Shown: positions 1 to 10,008 of the stretch, piece by piece
Layout: every line of letters begins with the position of its first letter
How positions within the stretch are numbered: position 1 is the first letter of the stretch
Source: Octopus bimaculoides
Taxonomy: Eukaryota
Length of the DNA: 47,963 bases
Assembly: GCF_001194135.2 (NCBI RefSeq)
Contig: NC_068986.1
Location: forward strand, 43,431,123 to 43,479,085
Reading direction: 5' to 3'
Made by a program: the position numbers and the translations under genes
Notes under the pieces: generated by a model
The model's database searches: none
What the model saw: only the letters and a program-made list of their open reading frames with translations
What the model was told of the DNA's origin: nothing

Positions 1-255
1 GGTAGAAAAGTAACACACGAGTTGATATGTATAAGGAAAATAAGACAAAGTAGAAAATGCTAAAATAAATTTATCATGGAGTACATTTTAGTACAGCTTT
101 CCGTCTTTTTAGACATTTTCATCTAAGAGTAGAAGAAAAACAATTAAATTGGAGAAAAAAAATTAAGTGAAATGTTTTGTAAAGATTTTCATAGTCTTTG
201 ATAGATATATTTACCAAAATTACATAAAAATGTCTTGAAATATTAAAGCATAAAT

Positions 256-976
256 TTATGCAATATAATCGCCATTGGCTTCAACCACGGGGTCCAAAGG
301 AATCCGGAATCTCCTGCAACTCTTGTGGAAGGTCCTCTTGTTTAAGTTGGTAAATGCCGCCATAATTCTTGCTTTCAGCTCATCTATGGTGTTACAATGA
401 GTTTAGTTGGTCTCTTGTTCAACTGCACCCCACACATAATAATCAATTGGGTTGCAATCTGAGGAGTTAGGTGGCCAGATGTTAAGGGTGGTGTGGTTGC
501 AGAAATTGTCTGACAGCCATGACTGGATCCTCCTGCTTATGTGACATGGTGCAGAGTCCTGTTGCCAGACATAGGGTCTTCCAGCAGTTACTATCTTGAC
601 CAAGGGTGGCACTATCTCCTCCAGGCATTTGATGTAGTCCTCCGTGTTGAGTCTGAGGTCGTGAGGGGAGATGAATGGAAGCATAACGCCACCATCGCTA
701 GTGATCACTCCAAACATCATGATGTTGACTGGATGTTCAGATTTACACCCAAACATTCTGAAATCTTCCCATTGGAGCTCTCGGTGCGAATGCCAAGAAG
801 TACAGCATGTCATTTCCAAATTTCTGGCAGAGTGTATTACGTCATTGTGGTGTTTTTGTCACAGACGGTGTCTAACCGAACCTACTGTACTGTGTAGTGG
901 ACAAAATTCAAAAGAATCACTGCATGAGCGAAATTAAGAATATAAAATGGCGACAATTTTTTCATCGCACCCTGTA
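256..976 (-). mobile_element. Tc1/mariner DD37D (maT-like) transposon, internally deleted relic
   Basis: ORF 403-819 has WQQDSAPCH...WPPNSSDCNPIDYYVW with 37 residues between the last two Asp. The C-terminus VVEANGDYIA* ends at 256. A terminus reads TA-CAGGGTGCGATG on the minus strand from 976. The N-terminus MT*YTLPEIWK*HAVLLGIR starts at 845 in another frame. The second TIR was not found. Confidence 0.85.
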
Positions 977-1066
977 TATTTATATATATATACATAGATA
1001 CATACATACATACATACATACGTACATACATACATACATACGTGTGTGTGTGTGTGTGTGAGTGTG
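977..1066. repeat. compound microsatellite (TA)n/(TACA)n/(TG)n
   Basis: Directly visible; abuts the transposon TA terminus. Confidence 0.95.
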
Positions 1067-1378
1067 ATTTGACAATACATCTTACTCAAAATATAAACAT
1101 AAAATATTCTCAGAGCAAGTTCACGTCTTAATGTCGACATATTTTTTAAAAGAGAATCGAATTACTGTCCATAGGCATTTTAGAGTTATAGTTGCCAGTA
1201 ACTGACTTATTTATCTAACTTCTCGATTTTCCTACCAGTAGATTTCTTACAACTACTCCATATGGTTTTCTAATTTCCACGGCGAATATATGACGTACCA
1301 TGCTAATACGTACTATAGTACTTACGTGTCTATTTCCCCTATTCAACCAACATATACTCTATATGTGTGTGGTATATG

Positions 1379-1410
<32 letters not shown>

Positions 1411-1569
1411 GACATATATATATAACTAAATAAAGGATATAAATCCTCATAAAGGGATGTCATCATCCAAGTTCTCAGGCTATATCCTGTGTACTAGTGA
1501 AAAATCAAAGATGTTAGCTTCGTGTTGATAGCTCTGGATACAGTATTATTTATTATTGTTTTTTATATA

Positions 1570-2035
1570 TGAGAAAAAAGAAAACGGAGAAGCAGACATA
1601 TAGACATCAGTTTATTAGAACATAATACAGTTCTGAAAAAATCAAACTCAATTTCACCTACAGCTAATTCCATGCTCAATTTAATTAATTTGAGAAATTG
1701 GATTAAATTAGAATAAATTAAAATTTCCATATCGAATGTCATTAATTGGGTATTTGATAGGGAGAAGAATTTGATAGAGAGGAGCTACATTTCGATGTGC
1801 TCTTTGCCACTTGATAATCTCAAATATGTACGTTTCAACAACCACCGTATTTTTTTTTTAAAAAAACGTTACTTATGTATATGTAAATGCAAACTTGTTT
1901 AATGAATTTGTATGCGTGCGTGCGTAATGTGTTAAAAAATATCCCTTAGCTTAAATGATATTCCGAACGATTAATTTAAACTAAAATCTAAAAAAAAATA
2001 TTATTCCTAAATTACACTATTAATTATGATAGGTC
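1570..2035 (+). mobile_element. inverted copy of the 5' segment of the Naiad PLE at 2950-5680
   Basis: Aligns by eye to the reverse complement of about 5205-5675. Shared blocks include GAGAAATTGGATTAAATTA, GGGAGAAGAATTTGATAGAGAGGAGC and TTATTCCTAAATTACAC. Identity is roughly 70-80%. Confidence 0.8.
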
Positions 2036-2124
2036 GAAATATCATTAAAGTTATTAATCACTTAAAAAAATTAACTATAAATCACCTAGTTGCAATCTAG
2101 AAATTATAGTTAAATAATAAATAA

Positions 2125-2182
<58 letters not shown>

Positions 2183-2184
2183 TA

Positions 2185-2215
<31 letters not shown>

Positions 2216-2220
2216 TATTA

Positions 2221-2267
<47 letters not shown>

Positions 2268-2279
2268 AATAATAATAAT

Positions 2280-2376
<97 letters not shown>

Positions 2377-2378
2377 TT
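2125..2378. repeat. (ATT)n directly followed by (AAT)n: palindromic trinucleotide microsatellite
   Basis: Polarity switches at about 2266. Confidence 0.95.
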
Positions 2379-2949
2379 TTGTTGTTGTTGATGTCATTAT
2401 TTATTTCAAAGCCTTAATTACGTATATGCAATATTTACATAAAATATTTGTGCATGTGTAAGTTAAAGTATTGAAAGCTGCTAGACGATGACGAATTAAA
2501 ACTCATTACAATTACCACAGGTGAATATTACGCCATCAATATTTGGGCACAGTATATTTGTTTTCATAATAGTGAGAAAAGATATACACGAGCTTAACTG
2601 AAGAAAGCCTTAATGTTAACAAACCAAATTTAGTTAAATTAATAACAATTAAAACCGTTATTGAATTAATACGTAGTACCTTTAACTTAAGATTACCAAT
2701 TAATTTTTAAAAAAGATATTAATCAAAGATTCCTAAGATACGTACTTCAATTAAAATACTTTTAACTTTTATATGATACAGTTACCTATAAATAAAACCT
2801 TATATTCATATTTACCATTTATTTTATATTTTAAGATTAATATGATATTTTCTACGAATCAATTTTCATAGTTATAATTGTTAGTATATTAATCCTGAGA
2901 TACTGCCTAAATTTATAGTCCAGATAACTTTTACATTGTGTTTTATGGT

Positions 2950-3902
2950 AGTTTTTGGAAGCATGTTCATGGGTGTGAACACAGGATAAATGTGTGTTAA
3001 GAAGTTTACGTTTGGAATTTAAGGTTTGGTATAATTCTTCTATGCAAAGACGTAAAAGGCATTGCCAATTTTATAGGCGCTAGCGCAGCTTAACTCCCAC
3101 TCTACAGTAAACATTTTATTCTTGTCTTTTAGGTCCCAAATAAATTTACTAAGACTAGCATAAGAAGATTTATTTTTATTATTAAAGGTATAATTGTGAT
3201 TAGCGATGCGAGTTTTGATATAGTTGTAAAAGAAATTCTTACTTTCAGGATTCACTCTTCATCTATGCGCTACGTTTTTTTTTTTTTAACAATAATTATT
3301 AAACAAGCGGTTAATTCTATCTTTGCAATCCCAGTATATATTTTCATTTCTATTCACATTACTATTAAGATTTATATGATTAGTTTCAGTTTGATTATTA
3401 TTTACAGCGTTACTTCTATTCTTCAGGTTAAGATGGGATTTAAAGTGGGTTGTTTCCCTTTATACATTAGAAGAATTATTTTACATTTTTGACTAACATT
3501 ATTCTCTACAGTATTAATGTTGCATTTAAATGGTTAATTATGGTTATAAAAGTTTGATAATTTCCTCTCGTTAAGACGAGAAATAATCTGTGACACATCC
3601 ATCAAAACAGAAAAAACACACCGAGAAAACTGGTGTTAATTACATCATGTCTATTTTCTTAGCTTGTATGAAGATCCAGCTAAATAGTTCTTAATTTGAT
3701 TAGTGAATGAAATAATGAACCAAATAATATCATTCTTATCAGAAGGTACATTATAATTTTCGATTTTTAAAAGTTTAATATATTTATACAGGGTGTGTCT
3801 TTTAATTCCATGATTCCTATTACTAATTACATGAGCATTATCCGATCTACTATGCAATAAATTGGTTCTCAAATTTTTCATATTATTTTTATCTATAAGA
3901 TG

Positions 3903-3992
<90 letters not shown>

Positions 3993-5677
3993 TTCCCTTT
4001 CCTTAATTCTATTTCTATTAGGTCCTTTAAAATTATAACTATCGTGAGTAACTTCTAGGTTATTAGAGTTACCGTGGTCGGCCTTTTGCGTATAATACTT
4101 TAATTCTTGATTATACCCAACTTTGTTAAGTGCCATATTATAACAGTCAGCCTTTTTGTTTAAAATATCTTTGCTAGATGATAAATTAGATATTCCTTCA
4201 CGTATATTGTAAACTAAGAATCTTTTCACAGAACTGGGATGATTATTTCCAATATTTATATATTTAAAATTAAAGTTAAGCTGGTGGTAATGTTCATAGT
4301 TGACCGTAATCAGGTTTAGGTTAACATCTAGGAAGTTAACTGACTCATGTTCAATTTCAATTGTCATGGGGAGCCGAAAAGGTTTTAAAAACCTATAAAA
4401 TTTCTTCTTCTACAGTTCTAATTTTCTACTAGACAAATTTCTAATGATATAAAGGACATCATCCTTATATAAACTTCCCGCAAGTTTAGGAAAATCTCTT
4501 CCCAAGATAAATAAAATATAAATACCAACTAAATCAGTAACATGGGCAGAATCTGCGGAACCCATAGCAATATCAAAGCCGTCACAACTACCTTTCTTAA
4601 TACAATACTGGTTTCCAAACTCTATAACTGTTCTTCTGGCGGCTAAAATGAAGTTAATTTCTTCCATATTTAGATTCGAGTTGTTTCTCGCGAACGGGAA
4701 GTCCTTGTTTAAAACTATTTGGTTATCGAAGAGTAATAACTATCAATAACTATTTGTATAAATTTGTTTCTACTTTTGTAATTATTGCTTTTAAATCAAC
4801 TTCTTCGTGGGTATTAGATCAAAGTTGTAACCATATTTCTTCATTAAGGACCAGTATGCACTTATCTAAAAGAGTCTTACTTACTTTTCCATGCTTTTCA
4901 TGGGCAAAACAATCTTACTTTAAGGTTTCTATAAAAGTTGTCCTTATGGTCCCTTAAAATAAACCTAGGCCTTTTAGGAACAAAAGGTTCAGTTCTGTCA
5001 TCCAGTTTGTAATTCTCCATTGTTTGCTTGAATATTGAATTGGTAGTTCTTAATTAGTTATTTTGTAACTGCTTGTAATGTTTTATTTTAATACTTTATG
5101 GTAGTAATTTATTTCTATATTATACAGGTTGTCAGACTTGTCTGAATGTACGATTATCCCATTTTCAATTTTCAGTTTCAATACGATATAGTTAAGCTTC
5201 CTCATACAATAGATAAGTAATTGTGTAATTTAGGAATAATTGTTGTTTTTGAATTCTAGTTAAAAGTAAACCGATCGAAATTGCGTTTAAACTAACTAAT
5301 AGATATTTTGTTTTTATTTTAACACATTACATACGCACGCGCACAAATACATTAAAAAGTTTGCATTTGCATATACATAAGAAATGTTTTTCTAAATACA
5401 TTGGTTGTTGAAATGCACAGATATGAGTCTATCAAGGGGCAAATAACACAACGGAAGGTTGCTCCTCTCTATCAAATTCTTCTCCCGATGAAATATCCAA
5501 TTAGCGATATTCGATATGGACACTTTAATTTAATTTAATTTAATCCAATTTCTCAAATTCATTCAATTGGGCGTGGAAACTGCAGGAGGTGAAATTGAAT
5601 TTGATATTGTTCAGTATTGTACTGTTCAACTAAATGAATGTTTATATGTCCGTTTCTCCGTTTTCTCTTTTTCTTAT

Positions 5678-5680
<3 letters not shown>
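2950..5680 (-). mobile_element. Penelope-like retroelement (Naiad-type), near full-length, decayed; RT plus C-terminal GIY-YIG
   Basis: PKRPRFILRDHKDNFY (about 4960); FDIAMGSADSAHVTDLVGIYIL and YKDD (4410-4667); thumb FLDVNLNL...NHP (3651-4367); endonuclease TRIANHNYTF...LSKFIWDLKDK...VEW (3040-3255). Many stops and frameshifts. Confidence 0.9.
3905..3992. repeat. (TTA)n expansion inside the PLE ORF (in-frame poly-Asn on the minus strand)
   Basis: Long Asn run in ORF 3651-4367. Confidence 0.95.
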
Positions 5681-5726
<46 letters not shown>

Positions 5727-5887
5727 NNNNNNNNNNNNNNNNNNNNNNNNNNNNNNNNNNNNNNNNNNNNNNNNNNNNNNNNNNNNNNNNNNNNNNNNNN
5801 NNNNNNNNNNNNNNNNNNNNNNNNNNNNNNNNNNNNNNNNNNNNNNNNNNNNNNNNNNNNNNNNNNNNNNNNNNNNNNNNNNNNTAT

Positions 5888-6063
5888 ACAAAAAATAACA
5901 ACAGACGAGGACAGGTGGTGTAAATAACAAAAGTATATATTAGTATGACGCTCGGGAATACGGAAAGTCTTTGACGTTTCGAGCTACGCTCTTCAACAGA
6001 AAGAATACGGAGACAAGGAGAAAAACACGGAGAAAAAAAATTGAATAGTGTTCAGTCAACGGT
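5888..6063 (-). mobile_element. short young repeat, probable PLE 3' terminal (pLTR) fragment with a hammerhead-like motif
   Basis: About 5 differences in about 165 bp from 47632-47800. Both copies abut (TA)n. Contains TCTTT-CTGTTGAA-GAGC-GTA-GCTC-GAAAC-GTC-AAAGA on the minus strand. Confidence 0.7.
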
Positions 6064-6084
6064 CATATATATATATATACATAT

Positions 6085-6210
6085 ATACGACGTACTTATT
6101 TCAGTTTCCGACTATCAAATCCACCCACAAGGATCTGGTCGGCTCGAGGCTATTGTAGTATACTTGCCGTAACTATGTGGTTGGGAAGTTTCTTACCACA
6201 CCGCCAGGCA
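6085..6210 (-). mobile_element. SINE family B (tRNA head/CORE-like), 5' part, degraded
   Basis: TTTCAGTTTCCG...CACAAGG...GGTCGGC...GAGGCT...CTTACCACAC matches copies at 35730-35878 and 41457-41620. Confidence 0.75.
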
Positions 6211-6399
6211 TATATATATATGTTTATTTATAAATGGATGAGTGAATCTTTCTTTGTTTACAGTTAACACGGAAAATTCAATAAACAGTTACCAGGGTGG
6301 CAAAATTAACGCAGGTAACAAGGATGTAGCAACCTGTCCAAAGGCAGAAACGCCGGGTTAATGTGCAGTAGTTTGTATAGCATAAATAAATAAATGAAG

Positions 6400-8580
6400 T
6401 TAAGCGCAAGTGTTATTCAAATTCTTTTACTTCCGACATATGCTTCGAAGACAACATTGGTATTATTCCAAAGGAATGAATGGTGTAAAATAATGTAATC
6501 TTCTCATCAGGGTAAGAAAGAGAATCAAACTCAACAATAAGTAATTTTAACAAATGTGATGACTGTGTAAATGATGAACAGAACGCTATTAAGTATTTTT
6601 TAAAACCCGTTAGTAGATATGACGTCAAAGGTAGCGCATATGAAGAGAAAGGGTAAAGAAATCAATAAGGAGAGAATTAATAAAGGATAAATATAGAGTG
6701 ATATGTGAGTTAAATAAATGTTCAAAGGCTAGGAAATAGATATCTCTATTGGAAGTAGAGTGAAAGAACTAAATGCTCAAACTATATAGATTGGCAGAAA
6801 TCACTTTTATGAGCTAAAGCTGTGTTTCAGTCAATGCTTTATGTCGGTAAGAACGCTCTATATACGTGTTTACAAGTGGATTCTTAGAAAAGAGAATGTG
6901 GAACAGCTCAGAATTACAAATGTTACATAATTCTTTACCTTTGTCATAAGGGAAAGAGATTGACAGGATGAACCAATCTAAATTAAATTTCTTATTAATA
7001 TCTTTAAGATACCAAATCAATTTACTAAGTCCTGTGCTATTGCGTTTACTACTATCCCTAAATGTAAAATAATGATTAGAAATTCTTTTAGATAACTGAG
7101 AAGAAGCACCAATATAAAAATAGACTTCGGTACAGGAAGTAATTTTACACTGATATATATAGAATTCAGAATCTTAGAATTATTAAACATAAATCTACTT
7201 CTGTTGGGGTTGACTTCAGAGACCAAAACTTTGTTGTTATTATTATTAGGGGAAAGATTGGTATTAACTAAATTAATGTTGGAACTCTCAGTAAATGAAT
7301 TTTTATTTAACAGGTTTATATTATAAGAAGATATAATTTGCGAAAGATTTTTTGTGTTTGAAAATGCTATTCTAGGTCTATGAGAATTTATAATCGAATA
7401 ATATCTAGAATTTTTTGGAAAGTTCTTACTAACCGCTTCACGGAACTGTAAAGGAAGATTAGATTTAATTTGCCTTCCATACGGAATAACAAACCAAATA
7501 GTTTTGCTAGCACCAGTCAAATTGTAAGTGGAACTATCTCTAAAGAACATCGTATTCCCTTTAGAATGAAAAAATGGGCTTAAATAACGGTTATATCCCT
7601 TATGTTGTAAACAAACTTTACTCTGTTTTGTGTTGGTGCCTATATCAAAATTAAAATCGCTCTTCTTATTACAACTAGTTTTCATGTCTCGATTAATAGA
7701 TGTAGGATGAGATTGAACAGGTAACTTTTTCTTTATACTCTGTTTTAACTAAGGCAGAGTTATAAAATTCAGCCTTGTCGTTAAAATGTCTAACTGAAAT
7801 ATTTTAAACTAAATTCTTAGTAATTGCCTTGGCGTGATTACTTATTAGGCTAATATACTTGAGATTGGTGGATGGTTTGTAGTATGGGAAATACGAGTTA
7901 TTGGGCAAATTAAGTGTAATATCTAAAAAGTTGGCTTTAGTTACATCGTCATCAAAAACGATGCCTAAGTCCATTCTACGGAAAAACCTACATTTGTGAG
8001 GTAACGTAAACAATCATCACGATATAGACCTCCATTGATGTCTGGGAATGGAAACTGGTCAGCCATTTCATAAAGTATATATCCGCCGACTAAATCCGCT
8101 ATTTGTGCTGAATCGGAACTTCCCATCATGACATCAAATCCGTCGGGTATATCCTTACGGATCCACAGTTTGTTGTCAAATCTTATGATAGATTTTCTGG
8201 CTGCCAGCACAACTTTAATCTCTTCTCTGGTGAGACCAGCTTTATTGTGAGCAAACCAAAGTGCCTTATTAAGTACTATTGGGTTTATGGACGAATAAAA
8301 GCTAGAAATATCGAACTAGATAAGTTTAGTGTTAACCTTATTGGTAATATAAGTAAACCAATCAACGACTTGAAACGAATTAGACTATAAACTGAGTTTT
8401 AATTTATTGAATAATATATATTTATCTAAGATATTTTTACTTAGTATACCGATGTCTGAGCTGGAAGGACAGATAAGCCGTTATGATGGGTTATTATAAA
8501 AGTTTCGTTTGTGGTATTTTAAAATAAACCGTGGTTGCTTAGGATCAGATGGTTCTGTCTTCATCTGTAATTTCACACCT
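6400..8580 (-). mobile_element. Penelope-like retroelement (Naiad-type) no. 2, 5'-truncated, decayed
   Basis: PKQPRFILKYHKRNFYNNP (about 8540); FDVMMGSSDSAQIADLVGGYIL and YRDD (7965-8210); FLDITLNL...NHA (7804-8013); IWFVIPY (7017-7685); endonuclease YFYIGASS...RISNH...LSKLIWYLKD...CNIC (about 7140-6814). Confidence 0.92.
6422..6520 (-). ncRNA. type I hammerhead ribozyme motif in the 3' terminus of the Naiad PLE
   Basis: CTGATGA (6510-6504). Helix II GAAGATTACATT/AATGTTGTCTTC (12 positions, one mismatch). GAAG instead of GAAA (6446-6443). Near-palindromic helix III GCATATGT and GUC site (C17 = 6435). Helix I CTTACC/GGAAG with a bulge. Confidence 0.7.
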
Positions 8581-8592
8581 GCATTTAACTCA

Positions 8593-8664
<72 letters not shown>

Positions 8665-8699
8665 TGAAGATGAATAAAAATGAAAATGCAACTTTTTAA

Positions 8700-8940
8700 A
8701 ACATTTTTGGGGTGTTTTAATTAATTTACATGTTTCGGTTTTTTTGAAAAACCTTATCAAAGATGAATATAAAATATATATAAGAGCTATTAATAAAACA
8801 AAATTGAAATTAAAATTAAGAATGACATTGATAGTTTACTGTTATTTCTTGCATGCGCACGTGGTCCTTTCGTTCAGTTCTGAAAACATGGTAATTCCAA
8901 CTTGTGCTAGTAGATTACTATTATCTGTTTTTGTAAATTA
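8700..8940 (-). mobile_element. small PLE 3'-terminal remnant with a degenerate hammerhead-like motif
   Basis: ...SELNERTTCACKK* loosely resembles a Naiad C-terminus. It is followed by TTGATAA-GGTTT-TCAAAA-AAACC-GAAAC-AT-GTA (8759-8727). Confidence 0.45.
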
Positions 8941-9012
8941 AATAGTGGTCAAGAATTACAGGAGTGGTTGTAGCTATCGAATAACTAGCAGCATTAATGA
9001 TAATAACAATAA

Positions 9013-9056
<44 letters not shown>
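9013..9056. repeat. (TAG)n microsatellite
   Basis: Directly visible. Confidence 0.95.
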
Positions 9057-9057
<1 letters not shown>

Positions 9058-9079
9058 GAGTCGTCGTGGTGAAGTTCTT

Positions 9080-9490
9080 CCCCCTATGGATTTAATGGAA
9101 ATCGGGTTCTTCGATCACCTTTGTTTATCTCTGATGAATAACTTGCAAATCCAAGTATAAATATATTAAAATATATATGAACGTCTCAGTGTTGCTAGTT
9201 TAGAGAATTTAGACTTGGTCGGTATTTTCTTACAAAAAATATTTCCTTGCTAATGCGTTCATTTTGGCTAACATTGTCTTTGAATTTGTATAGTGGAAAC
9301 GTTGTGAATTTGGGAAATTTGTTGTAAGCACATTCGTCGATATGCTGGCTGAGAGGTATTTTCCTGTTTTCTGGGATCCTAATTTGGGATTTGTGTACCG
9401 CCATCCTCTGACGTAGGCTGTTTTTAGTGTGTCCAATATATTGCCGTTTGCATCCAGAGCATGTAATTAGGTAGATCAAGTTCTCCTATG
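9080..9490 (-). mobile_element. PLE 3' fragment: GIY-YIG endonuclease (Neptune-like, CxxC insert)
   Basis: ORF 9195-9479 reads IYLITCSGCKRQYIGHTKNSLRQRMAVHKSQI...PLSQHID.C...RISKE.FFVRKYRPSLN. The stop is intact and the fragment is cut 5' by a TA microsatellite. Confidence 0.88.
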
Positions 9491-9696
9491 CACATGTAAT
9501 ATTAGTTTTTATTGATATATATATATATATATATATATATAGATAGATAGATATATACACACACACATATGTATATTAAAGAGCAAATAAGTAACATATA
9601 TTTAGATATATATATATACATATGTGCATATGTGTGTGTGTGTGTGTATGTATGCATGCATGCATGCATGTATGTATGTATGTATGTATATGTTTA

Positions 9697-9872
9697 AGGC
9701 GTCCAGCTGGCAGAATGGTTAGCACGACGGACAAAATGTTTAAGGATTAAAATTTAGCCAGGGTCGACTTTGCCTTTAACCAGTTCGGAGTCGATAAAAT
9801 AAATATTAGTTGAGAACTAGGGTCGATGTAATCGACTTACACCCAACTCAGAAATCATTGGCCTTGTGCAAA
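9697..9872 (+). mobile_element. SINE family A (tRNA-derived), internally deleted
   Basis: GCTGGCAGAATGGTTAGCAC...GGTCGACTTTGCC...GGGTCGATGTAATCGAC...GGCCTTGTG; matches the copy at 20318. Confidence 0.8.
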
Positions 9873-9944
9873 TACACACACACATACATACATACATGCA
9901 TACTTACATACATACATACATACATACCTATATTTTAATTTATC

Positions 9945-10008
9945 CTTTTCTTTTACTTGTTTTAGTCATTTGACTGCGGCCATGCTGGAGCACCGCCTTT
10001 AGTCAAGC
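9945..10008 (-). mobile_element. SINE family B 3' tail
   Basis: Reverse complement reads AAAGGCGGTGCTCCAGCATGGCCGCAGTCAAATGACTAAAACAAGTAAAAG. Confidence 0.8.

Noticed and set aside
2590-2632. CTGAAGA followed by AAGCC...AAACC
   Set aside because: No helix II pairing and no GAAA.
5468-5475. TGA TAG shared by both inverted arms, suggesting stop-codon reassignment
   Set aside because: Both arms descend from one ancestor, upstream parts have several non-matching stops, and all other elements use the standard code.
5559-5930. Long ORFs containing X runs and HT/YI/CV/RE dipeptides (also about 10000-10700, 15330-16030, 17880-18500, 22150-22870, 33550-33890, 46640-47310)
   Set aside because: They are translations of N gaps and dinucleotide microsatellites, not genes.
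9126-9192. Plus-strand CTGATGA...GAACGTC hammerhead candidate
   Set aside because: GAAA is incomplete, helix I cannot form, and it is antisense to the adjacent GIY-YIG fragment.
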